In this document: positions 36,560 through 43,591 of the stretch, in pieces | Layout of the letters: each line of letters opens with the position of its first letter | Position numbering within the stretch: position 1 is the first letter of the stretch | Assembly: GCA_964388235.1 (NCBI GenBank) | Contig: CAYLXN010000001.1 | Span: forward strand, 15,655 to 79,654 | From: an uncultured Candidatus Saccharibacteria bacterium | GTDB taxonomy: Bacteria > Patescibacteriota > Saccharimonadia > Saccharimonadales > Saccharimonadaceae | Reading direction: 5' to 3' | DNA: 64,000 nucleotides | Position numbers and translations under genes: made by a program | The notes under the pieces: model-generated | Database searches by the model: none | Seen by the model: the letters and a program-made list of their open reading frames with translations, nothing else | What the model was told of the DNA's origin: nothing

Positions 36560-38263
36560 TTAAACTGATGGGAACTTTAGTTTTGCTAGAGATTTTTCCT
36601 TTCTTTCTTCGTAAATATCTTGCAATTCTTTGTCGTTGCCTGCGGAGACAAACTCAAGATAATCAGAAAAGGTGTTAACCCAAAATAGAATCTCTTTTTT
36701 TATTGACCCCATTCTCTCCACCGAAGACATTGGCAGAAAGAGATTATTTTTAGTCTGGGTGTTTTCCATTTGGTTTTTGTCAAGGATCTCTCTTTCACTA
36801 GCCTCAGTTTCCTTTTTCGAACGCACTGGTTTAGAAGCATTGTTAGAGCTGTTGGTGTATTTAATTTTCTGGTTTTTGCTAAGTGATTTCATGTATTTTG
36901 TCATTCGGTCACGATTTTCGGTTTGGGTTTTATTAAGTAACTTTATAGCTGGCATTTCTTCGTTATAGTTTAGGAACAAGCTATTTTTATTAGGATCTAA
37001 CACAGCTCTTTCGGTCACTATTGTTTCTAATCTTTCGTTGAGCTTTATTGTTTTTTCAACTCGCAATTTAAAGTCCCCTGAGTAGATATGAGACCATAGT
37101 GGTAGGGATAGATTGTCCATTACCCTTAGCTTTTCCAAGTCCATAGAATCATAAGTCTTTAGCTTGTCTTTCTTTATTTTGTAGGCATTATCTCTTGATG
37201 ATTTGATATCGATTGGTACAATAGCTGTTTTATAATTATTATTTAGTATGTCATATTCTGAAGCAAAAACGTATTGATTATTTTTGTTAAGTTTTACTTT
37301 ACTAGCGATAAAGAAATCGACTCCTCTTGAGTCTTGTTCAGGAGTTGCATCCAAAATTGTAAATAAATCGGTTTCATCGAATGTAGTCAGAAATTCTGAA
37401 AAAGCAATTTCATGTTGCATTCCTAGGAAGACTTCCTTTAATTTTTTGATATGATACTCTATTAAGCGGTTAATCTCTTTATCCGTTCTTCCGAGCTTAT
37501 ATTGCTCTTCGCGCGTCTCCATGGCTTTAGAGTAGTAATTTTTGATACGGTCGTCAAGGTCAAAATTGCTGTTTTCGGCTTGTTTTAAGCTAGCTATGGC
37601 TTCGTAAACCTCGTTGTTGAAGGGTAATGTAAAAAGCTCTTTTATTGTATTTTTTAAACCCTGTTTATTTGCGTACTTGGCAGGTCTTGAATCATTCTCT
37701 CTTTTCCAGAGAGCTTTTTGAAAAATTTGCATTAAAACAGGCCTCTTTTGTTGTTGAAAAGTAGGTAGTCTGCGAGTATCGGCTAGTGCTTCAGCCTCTC
37801 TTTTGTCGATATATTGATGAATGTTTTCTTTATTAATTAACTGCAACAAACCACTTCCTTCGAAATAAGGAGAGATAGAATCGATTAAGATTTTTTCTTG
37901 GTAAGTTAAAAAAAGGGGGGGTGAATCTTTTTCTTGGCTAATCTCTTGAGTAGCTTCTTTGTTTGGTTCTGATTCTTCTGTTTTTTTCAGCACACCTGAA
38001 CGGTCAAGTACCTCACTAGCTAATTTGAAAGCCGCTTCATCCTTTAGATTGGAGAAAAAAGCTTCCTCTTCTTCTGTATACAATTTAATGCCTAGATCCC
38101 TGTATTTATTCATCCACTGCTCTTCGGTTAGGGAGCCAGCCGCTTTCTTTTTTTCTGCCCCCTCAAAATTAGATGATTCATCATTCTCAACGGGTGAAAT
38201 TTGATTTTCTTCAAACTTCTTTTGATCTTCTTCGTTATTATTGCCACCTTCTTTTTCCATCAA
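36560..38263 (-). CDS. Hypothetical protein (567 aa), possible PD-(D/E)xK-like nuclease core
   Basis: Long AT-rich ORF with an acidic N-terminus. The central HEIAFSEF...GVDFFIA...VPIDIKSS fits an E...D...DxK pattern. This is speculative. Confidence 0.5.
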   Translation of the reverse strand: MMEKEGGNNNEEDQKKFEENQISPVENDESSNFEGAEKKKAAGSLTEEQWMNKYRDLGIKLYTEEEEAFFSNLKDEAAFKLASEVLDRSGVLKKTEESEPNKEATQEISQEKDSPPLFLTYQEKILIDSISPYFEGSGLLQLINKENIHQYIDKREAEALADTRRLPTFQQQKRPVLMQIFQKALWKRENDSRPAKYANKQGLKNTIKELFTLPFNNEVYEAIASLKQAENSNFDLDDRIKNYYSKAMETREEQYKLGRTDKEINRLIEYHIKKLKEVFLGMQHEIAFSEFLTTFDETDLFTILDATPEQDSRGVDFFIASKVKLNKNNQYVFASEYDILNNNYKTAIVPIDIKSSRDNAYKIKKDKLKTYDSMDLEKLRVMDNLSLPLWSHIYSGDFKLRVEKTIKLNERLETIVTERAVLDPNKNSLFLNYNEEMPAIKLLNKTQTENRDRMTKYMKSLSKNQKIKYTNSSNNASKPVRSKKETEASEREILDKNQMENTQTKNNLFLPMSSVERMGSIKKEILFWVNTFSDYLEFVSAGNDKELQDIYEERKEKSLAKLKFPSV

Positions 38264-38289
38264 TACATCCTCTGTTATAATTTCTAATT

Positions 38290-38378
38290 TGGCGGAGAGA
38301 GAGGGATTCGAACCCTCGAAAGCCAGGGGCTTTACCGCTTTTCGAGAGCGGCCAGATCAACCACTCCTGCATCTCTCC
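38290..38378 (-). tRNA. tRNA-Ser (anticodon CGA), CCA encoded
   Basis: The reverse complement folds with acceptor GGAGAGA/TCTCTCC, anticodon loop CTCGAAA, a long variable arm and GGTTCGAATCC. Confidence 0.85.
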
Positions 38379-38468
38379 GTTTAGATTATTTTAACAAACT
38401 GAAGCTAAAAAGAAAAATTATTAAAACAGCCCGCTGTAGAACGGGCTGTTTGTTGTTTGAAAATAAAC

Positions 38469-38801
38469 TTAAATTTCAATTGGTGCTGCTGGGTCTTCAG
38501 CTTCAGGGAGTTTATTTAGGCTATCTTGAAAAATTCCAGGGATGACAAAGCCAGCAATTAAATAAATTAAGAACCACATGATTGTGTTGTCATCTTTCTT
38601 GACGACTTGCGAGTAGCCTTCGCAGAATTTGTAAGCCCAGTACAGGTTGGCGATAGGCAAGATCAGTAGCCAGGCGGTCGGAATTTCAGCCCCTAGCGAA
38701 TTAATTTCTTTTTTCTGTTGAACCATCCAATAGATGCCATAAATGCCAAAAGTCACAAAAGTTAGTATATACGCAGTTACAATATTACGTTTTTTGATCA
38801 T
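38469..38801 (-). CDS. Small membrane protein (DUF4234-like), 110 aa
   Basis: The start was moved to the internal Met (MIKKRNIV...) because the upstream 87 nt overlap tRNA-Arg. It has a YGIYWM motif and three hydrophobic helices. Confidence 0.5.
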   Translation of the reverse strand: MIKKRNIVTAYILTFVTFGIYGIYWMVQQKKEINSLGAEIPTAWLLILPIANLYWAYKFCEGYSQVVKKDDNTIMWFLIYLIAGFVIPGIFQDSLNKLPEAEDPAAPIEI

Positions 38802-38826
38802 ATTTTCCCTTTCTAGGATTAATTTT

Positions 38827-38903
38827 TGGTACACCCGATACGATTCGAACGTACGACCTTTGGCTCCGCAAGCCAACGCTCTATCCAACTGAGCTACGGG
38901 TGC
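38827..38903 (-). tRNA. tRNA-Arg; anticodon reads GCG in my hand fold
   Basis: The reverse complement is GCACCCGTAGCTCAGTTGGATAGAGCGTTGGCTTGCGGAGCCAAAGGTCGTACGTTCGAATCGTATCGGGTGTACCA. It resembles the bacterial tRNA-Arg(ACG) body but has G at position 34. Confidence 0.75.
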
Positions 38904-38949
38904 ATGGTTGATATTCTACTTTAAAAAATGATTTTTGGCAATCAGCAGT

Positions 38950-39477
38950 TTACAAACCGATTTTTTGGATAATTTGGTCGATTAAATTTAGCTCGATTTT
39001 TTGCATCGGCAAAATAGCGCCGATAAAATCCACGATCTCTTCGCCTAACTCATCAGGGAAATTAAGCGATAAACCTTGTCCAAAACGTTTGTGCGGGATT
39101 AAAATAATAGTGAAAGATTGGTTTAGATTTTTTTGTAGACCAAATGATTTAAATTCGTCAAATGGATAGGCCTTGGAGTCGATGTAGATATGTTCTTTGG
39201 ATAAGGCATATTTGATCGAGAAATCAGAGCGGCGCAAGTAGAAAATTAAGGCAATAATTAGCACCACTAAAACTACGGTGAATAAAATATCTTTGAGTAA
39301 AAATAGAGCTACGGCGATCATTGCCACGAAAGCTAAACCTAGAACCAAATACCAATTTTTTGAATGATGCTTTTTTTCTTCCTGATAATCCCAAGCAATG
39401 CTGATTTCGGAATCAGTTTCAGCCGATTTTTCAGGGTTGGTTGGTGTGATTTTGGGGTCTGAATCTAAATTTGCCAT
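38950..39477 (-). CDS. Hypothetical membrane protein (175 aa, two TM helices + C-terminal soluble domain)
   Basis: ORF with a hydrophobic pair (WYLVLGLAFVAMIAVALFLL / ILFTVVLVVLIIALIFY). Confidence 0.5.
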   Translation of the reverse strand: MANLDSDPKITPTNPEKSAETDSEISIAWDYQEEKKHHSKNWYLVLGLAFVAMIAVALFLLKDILFTVVLVVLIIALIFYLRRSDFSIKYALSKEHIYIDSKAYPFDEFKSFGLQKNLNQSFTIILIPHKRFGQGLSLNFPDELGEEIVDFIGAILPMQKIELNLIDQIIQKIGL

Positions 39478-39640
39478 AATTTACCTAACTTTCATTAATT
39501 GTCGATGAATTAAATTATAGCAGAATTATTTTTTGCCACAATCGAAATAAGGTTACAGCTTTCACTTGTTTCATTCGCTCCACCGACTCTCGCTTTCGCT
39601 TTGCTCATACGCGAGAGCTTGATTCTTTTCTGCTGCGAAA

Positions 39641-39670
39641 TTAAACAGAGGTCAAATGACCTCTGTTTAA
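39641..39670. terminator. Perfect hairpin abutting the 3' end of tRNA-Ser(GCU)
   Basis: TTAAACAGAGGTC-aaat-GACCTCTGTTTAA, followed by TTTGGCGGAG. Confidence 0.5.
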
Positions 39671-39672
39671 TT

Positions 39673-39765
39673 TGGCGGAGGAGGAGAGATTCGAACTCTC
39701 GCTACAGATTTCTCCGTACTAACGATTTAGCAAACCGTCCCCTTCAGCCTCTTGGGTACTCCTCC
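39673..39765 (-). tRNA. tRNA-Ser (anticodon GCU), CCA encoded
   Basis: The reverse complement folds with acceptor GGAGGAG/CTCCTCC, anticodon loop TTGCTAA, a long variable arm and AGTTCGAATCT. Confidence 0.8.
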
Positions 39766-39998
39766 GCAATTATCAGAGCTGTGTTGTTTCACGAAGCTCC
39801 TGCCTAAAACGTAACCTCCTCATTTTGGCTGAGGGGACGGCAACCGTCCAGTGGTTTACGTTTCACGCAGCAGCCTCCTATGGTACTCCTCCGCATCGAA
39901 GCTTTTGTATTTCACGAAGCTCCTGCCTAAAACGCAATATTCCTCAGCTGAGGGGACGGCAACCGTCCAGCAATTTACGTTTCACGCAGCAGCCTCCT
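39755..39998. repeat. Two tandem copies (period about 127 bp) of a tRNA-Ser(GCU)-derived structured repeat
   Basis: Both copies share these blocks: GGTACTCCTCCGCA (tRNA 5' end plus flank), TTTCACGAAGCTCCTGCCTAAAACG, CTGAGGGGACGGCAACCGTCCAG and TTTACGTTTCACGCAGCAGCCTCCT. Confidence 0.7.
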
Positions 39999-40133
39999 TG
40001 GCTTGACAACCAACCCTAACTACAGGAGGTGAATCACATTTTAGCATAGTTTCAGATAAAAGTTAATAATTAATCTAGACAAAATGAACACCATTTGCTA
40101 TAATTACAACATAATTTTGAAAGGATTAAAAGC

Positions 40134-40559
40134 ATGAAATTTATGACAAAAAACATATTTGCTAGTCTGGGACTGATTGTTGGCATGATGCTATCGTCTT
40201 TTGGCGGTGCTAATGTTTTGGCTTTGCCGCAAGCAATTGACGGGGGAGTGCCAGCAGGAGTTGAGGCAGCGCGAGGTGCTAATCAACCAAGTGAATTATT
40301 TGGTGATCAAGGTATTTTTCAGCGAATTACTAATATTTTGCTGTTTCTGATTGGCGTTTTGAGTGTGATTATGCTGATTGTTGGTGGCTTACGCTACGTC
40401 TTGTCGGGTGGCAATCAACAGGCAGTTGGGGCCGCTAAAAACACTATCCTCTATGCCATCGCTGGTTTAATTATCGCTATTTTGTCTTACGCCATCATAA
40501 ACTTCGTAATGACAACCTTTACTGGCGGCGCTGGTTACTCGGGTGGTATTGACGCATAA
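40134..40559 (+). CDS. T4SS pilin-like protein 6 (satellite copy)
   Basis: 141 aa with a signal peptide and the module LLFLIGVLSVIMLIVGGLRYVLSGGNQQAVGAAKNTILYAIAGLIIAILSYAIINFVM. Upstream are TGCTATAAT and an AAAGGA SD. Confidence 0.6.
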   Translation: MKFMTKNIFASLGLIVGMMLSSFGGANVLALPQAIDGGVPAGVEAARGANQPSELFGDQGIFQRITNILLFLIGVLSVIMLIVGGLRYVLSGGNQQAVGAAKNTILYAIAGLIIAILSYAIINFVMTTFTGGAGYSGGIDA

Positions 40560-40631
40560 ATAAACATAGCCGTTTTGGTTTAATTCTGCTATAATCTCCT
40601 TATTAACAATAATTAATAAGTAGATTTTCAG

Positions 40632-42071
40632 ATGAAAAAGAGATTTTTTGCTGGCTTGGGCGCTTTGCTCTTGGTGGCAATTGGTTGGTTGGGTATGTCT
40701 GACTCGACTCAAGCAGCGGATTTATGGAATGGTCAAAAGCATTTCTATACCGTTCAAATGCGTGACGATGGCCGGGCGATCACTTACGCGAAACTGGTTT
40801 TTATGAACGATAGCGACACTGACCAGACTGAGTTTAAATTTAAATTACCAGAGGGTGTAAACGCAGATAATCTTTCAGGTCAACAAGTGCTAGCGCCGTT
40901 GAAAGATGAGCAGCGGGTTTGTAAAACTTATGAAACTAAAGATCAGTTTTTAGTTCGGGTTCCTAGCTACAGAGACGATTCGTTTGCCGACGATGCTTAC
41001 CAAAGAATGCGCGAGTGTAAAGAATACGATCGCAGCGCTGGCGATTACGACAATGATTTTAATTTCTACGACAATACCTTGTCTAGTGACTACCGTTCAT
41101 TTAGTTATTACCAAGATTCGAAAAACAAGGAAGGCTTTCACTATGCTAAATTGGATCCGAAGCGAGAGGGTGATCAATATGTTTTCACCTTGAATCAGCC
41201 GATCAAAGCTCACAAGCAAGGGGCAATTTTGGTGACTTACACTAGTGCTGATTTTACAACTAATATTTTGGGGCGTTTTAGCTATAATTACAAAACTTTA
41301 GCCGTCGAAAGCATGGTTGACGAGGCTAATGTGTCGATCAATTTTGATGAAAGTTTGTATGCTAAAGACACCGCTAAGCAAACTCGAGAAATCTCAGGAA
41401 TATCAATATCTGAAGGGATGTCTGCTTCACTAGATAGCGGACTTAGGAGATCACAGAGTGTTATTGAAAGAAGAGAGAGTAATATTGGTCAGGGTGGCTA
41501 TATTCATAAGCAGCAAGTTGATATTTTGCCTAATGAAAGTACAAGCATCAAGGGTGTGTATGCAACGACTAAATTTATGCTAAAAATCGGTGATTACGCC
41601 AAGATGTTGCTGGTGATCATCGCTATCGCCGCTGCGATTATTCTGGTGGTGTTTTTCTACCGCCGTTATCGCCGCAAGCATCCAAAACCAGTGTCGCAAC
41701 CAGTGGTAGTTAAGGGTGAGGGTTTGGAGGTTGTTGATCAGACAGTTGTCACCAAGTCAGTCGCTCTTTTTGACTTATTTAAAATTTCGTTGGTCAGTGT
41801 AATTGGGACGGTAGCGGTTATTTTTCTGACAATTTTCTTAACAGCAGGAATTTTAGTCGCGGCTAATACAAGCTCTTCCAGCGGACATTCAGATTATATG
41901 ACTTTTGGAATGATGTTAATGATTGCTGTAGGTTACTCGGGAGTCGTCCTGCCGTTGATGTATATCCGTCGTTTTAGCCATCGTGACCAATTCATCTGGG
42001 GGTTAATCCAAGTTGGTATGTTTGTGTTTGTGGCATCAGCGTCAATGTTTTTGACTTCATTTCTTTTTTAA
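40632..42071 (+). CDS. Hypothetical membrane protein (479 aa): signal peptide, about 300-aa ectodomain, C-terminal multi-TM region
   Basis: The ORF follows the pilin-like gene. It has a TM helix plus RRYRRKHPKP stop-transfer sequence, then 3-4 further helices. Confidence 0.55.
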   Translation: MKKRFFAGLGALLLVAIGWLGMSDSTQAADLWNGQKHFYTVQMRDDGRAITYAKLVFMNDSDTDQTEFKFKLPEGVNADNLSGQQVLAPLKDEQRVCKTYETKDQFLVRVPSYRDDSFADDAYQRMRECKEYDRSAGDYDNDFNFYDNTLSSDYRSFSYYQDSKNKEGFHYAKLDPKREGDQYVFTLNQPIKAHKQGAILVTYTSADFTTNILGRFSYNYKTLAVESMVDEANVSINFDESLYAKDTAKQTREISGISISEGMSASLDSGLRRSQSVIERRESNIGQGGYIHKQQVDILPNESTSIKGVYATTKFMLKIGDYAKMLLVIIAIAAAIILVVFFYRRYRRKHPKPVSQPVVVKGEGLEVVDQTVVTKSVALFDLFKISLVSVIGTVAVIFLTIFLTAGILVAANTSSSSGHSDYMTFGMMLMIAVGYSGVVLPLMYIRRFSHRDQFIWGLIQVGMFVFVASASMFLTSFLF

Positions 42072-42092
42072 TAATTTGCTAACTATCTAAAA

Positions 42093-42122
42093 TTAAACCG
42101 AGGCTAAGCGACCTCGGTTTAA
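42093..42122. terminator. Hairpin after the 479-aa gene, abutting a tRNA-Ser 3' fragment
   Basis: TTAAACCGAGG-loop-CCTCGGTTTAA. It has the same TTAAAC/GTTTAA ends as the hairpin at 39641 but a compensatorily different middle. Confidence 0.5.
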
Positions 42123-42124
42123 TT

Positions 42125-42140
42125 TGGCGGAGAGAAGGGG
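42125..42140 (-). pseudogene. Orphan 16-nt copy of the 3' end of tRNA-Ser(GGA)
   Basis: TGGCGGAGAGAAGGGG is identical to 42304-42319 (T-stem 3' strand, acceptor 3' strand and CCA). The sequence diverges immediately afterwards. Confidence 0.6.
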
Positions 42141-42269
42141 GGTGGCGCTCGCTTTGCTCGCTATATCCGTTGGCTCATGAAAAATGTAAACGCTTTTTCA
42201 TTTTACGGCGCTTCACGAACCCTGTTTTACTCCGCAAAAACGGGGTTCTCGGTCGCCTATTTCACAGCA

Positions 42270-42303
42270 AACTAAAAAGAGATCAAAAGATCTCATTTTA
42301 GTT
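42270..42303. terminator. Hairpin abutting the 3' end of tRNA-Ser(GGA)
   Basis: AACTAAAAAGAGATC-aaaa-GATCTCATTTTAGTT with one mismatch. Confidence 0.45.
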
Positions 42304-42393
42304 TGGCGGAGAGAAGGGGATTCGAACCCCTGATACGGTTGCCCGCATACACGCTTTCCAAGCGTGCTCCTTCAGCCACTCGGACATCTCTCC
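42304..42393 (-). tRNA. tRNA-Ser (anticodon GGA), CCA encoded
   Basis: The reverse complement folds with acceptor GGAGAGA/TCTCTCC, anticodon loop TTGGAAA, a long variable arm and GGTTCGAATCC. Confidence 0.85.
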
Positions 42394-42409
42394 ATTTAGG
42401 ATAGATTTA

Positions 42410-42781
42410 TTATAGCAAATTTATTATTTTTGGGATAAAGATTAGCGAACCGACGAAGGCTGCTACGATCGCTGTGATCAGGACAGCAGCGGCGGACAAG
42501 TCTTTAATTTTGCGAATTTGCTCGCGCTTCTCGAGGCAAACAAAGTCCATAATGTTCTCGATGGCGGTGTTGAGGGTTTCGGTCGCTAACACCAAGCCGA
42601 TCATGATTGCTAGCACACAAATTTCAACTATGGGCGCTTTAAGAATAATTGCCACCGCAATTACGCCGATCGAGGCTAGTATATGAACAAAATAATTTCG
42701 CTCCTCGACAATTAACAATCTAATCCCGTCAATCGCGTGGGTGAAGCTCAACAAAAAAGCTTTCATGAATCGCCAAAACAT
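42410..42781 (-). CDS. dgkA: Diacylglycerol/undecaprenol kinase family protein (DgkA-like)
   Basis: Three TM helices with [14 protein letters not shown], typical of prokaryotic DAGK. The start was moved to the internal Met (42781) because a terminator and a TATAAT box (42794-42789, 7 nt before that ATG) lie inside the longer ORF. Met at 42766 is also possible. Confidence 0.7.
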   Translation of the reverse strand: MFWRFMKAFLLSFTHAIDGIRLLIVEERNYFVHILASIGVIAVAIILKAPIVEICVLAIMIGLVLATETLNTAIENIMDFVCLEKREQIRKIKDLSAAAVLITAIVAAFVGSLIFIPKIINLL

Positions 42782-42810
42782 GACTCTAATTATACAACTA
42801 ACAAGCCAAA

Positions 42811-42840
42811 ATAAAAACTCCACCGAATAAATCGGTGGAG
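42811..42840 (-). terminator. Intrinsic terminator ending the candidate ncRNA
   Basis: On the minus strand: CTCCACCGA-tttat-TCGGTGGAG followed by TTTTT (plus-strand A-run at 42813-42817). Confidence 0.6.
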
Positions 42841-43471
42841 GAAAACTCTATCTAATAATTTGTAACTGGTAAAACCAGCTACGCTAGGGCTTTATTTAAT
42901 TAATCTTGCGATTAACCAAATTACAAATTACTTTTTAAGGTAATTTGCTCTTTAGTCCTAGGTTCTGCTAGCATAAAATGTCTATAATCAGCATCAACTA
43001 AAGAAACTTTAATCAACAACTGTCATAAATCACTACACTAGCAGAGTCTAGAACTAAAACAGACTCTAGAGAGTTAACCTCGATAACTAATAGCCAACAA
43101 ATTTGACCAGACAAAGTCTTAAATCTAATCTGGGCCAATTAATTATAGTGATAGTCATCAGAACCAACCAGATCTAAACATTACTGTTTAAAAATGATTA
43201 ATCAGACGCAGTCAGGGGAGACTGTCGATAGATTGTAGTATTCACCAACCCTCAAATTAGCTAGTTAACTAAAGATAAAGTCAGATACAAATTGTAGCTA
43301 AAATTATCCGAATGACTAATTTCTTTGACAAAACTAGTAACTCGGTTAACTAGCTAAGTTGAAGGTTAGTAAGTCTATCAATTCATCAAGTAATCGGTGA
43401 TTAACTGGTGAATTATTACATAGGTTTAATGTTCGCGCTTTCGGGTGAGGTTTTGGTCTCATCAAAAGCGT
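42813..43471 (-). ncRNA. Candidate large non-coding RNA (about 650 nt), family unknown
   Basis: The stretch is ORF-free in all six frames apart from one spurious 66-aa ORF. It is bounded by a consensus promoter and an intrinsic terminator. It contains several perfect long-range inverted repeats, e.g. TTAGCTAGTTAAC 43257-43269 / GTTAACTAGCTAA 43345-43357. Confidence 0.4.
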
Positions 43472-43477
43472 AATTGC

Positions 43478-43506
43478 ATTATAGCATAAGCATTTTAATT
43501 TGTCAA
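43478..43506 (-). promoter_or_regulatory. Consensus sigma70-type promoter (TTGACA-17 nt-TATAAT) on the minus strand
   Basis: On the minus strand TTGACA = 43506-43501, the spacer is 17 nt, and TATAAT = 43483-43478. Confidence 0.6.
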
Positions 43507-43547
43507 TAAAAATGTTGTAATTGTAGTCAAAAATACAGCAAAACAAA

Positions 43548-43579
43548 TGAAAAAGTCCTTCTCCACAAGGGAGAAGGAC
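43548..43579 (-). terminator. Intrinsic terminator after the 134-aa gene
   Basis: GTCCTTCTCC (43555-43564) / GGAGAAGGAC (43570-43579), followed on the minus strand by TTTTT. Confidence 0.65.
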
Positions 43580-43591
43580 GAAATGAACTAG

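Noticed and set aside
38802-38888. N-terminal 29 codons of the 139-aa ORF
   Set aside because: This part overlaps tRNA-Arg on the same strand. The internal Met at 38801 gives a sensible membrane protein.
39755-39998. Possibility that the direct repeats are a CRISPR array
   Set aside because: There are only two copies with a period of about 127 bp and internal substructure. There is no short repeat/spacer alternation, and no cas genes are in the window.
39770-40000. Hammerhead-type ribozyme in the repeat units (GAAAC and CUGAUAA seen on the minus strand)
   Set aside because: CUGAUAA lacks the invariant G of the CUGANGA core. The order and spacing of the elements do not fit any hammerhead permutation I could draw.
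39601-40019. Two plus-strand ORFs (68 and 64 aa)
   Set aside because: They run antisense through tRNA-Ser(GCU) and through the tandem tRNA-derived repeats. They have no SD and implausible composition.
42141-42301. An integrated mobile element between the duplicated tRNA-Ser(GGA) 3' ends
   Set aside because: Only about 160 bp lie between the repeats, with no ORF and no integrase anywhere in the window. It is therefore reported only as a possible scar.
42811-43506. The long intergenic RNA being tmRNA, RNase P RNA, SRP RNA or 6S RNA
   Set aside because: It has no tRNA-like acceptor/T-arm ends or tag ORF (tmRNA) and no GAGGAAAGUCC-type P4 sequence (RNase P). It is far too long and AT-rich for SRP or 6S RNA.
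43346-43546. 66-aa minus-strand ORF in the long intergenic interval
   Set aside because: Its start lies upstream of the consensus promoter and it spans the -35 and -10 boxes. It has no SD and a Cys/Asn/Ile-rich composition. A 38-aa internal ORF (MRPKPHPKARTL...) cannot be excluded but has no SD.
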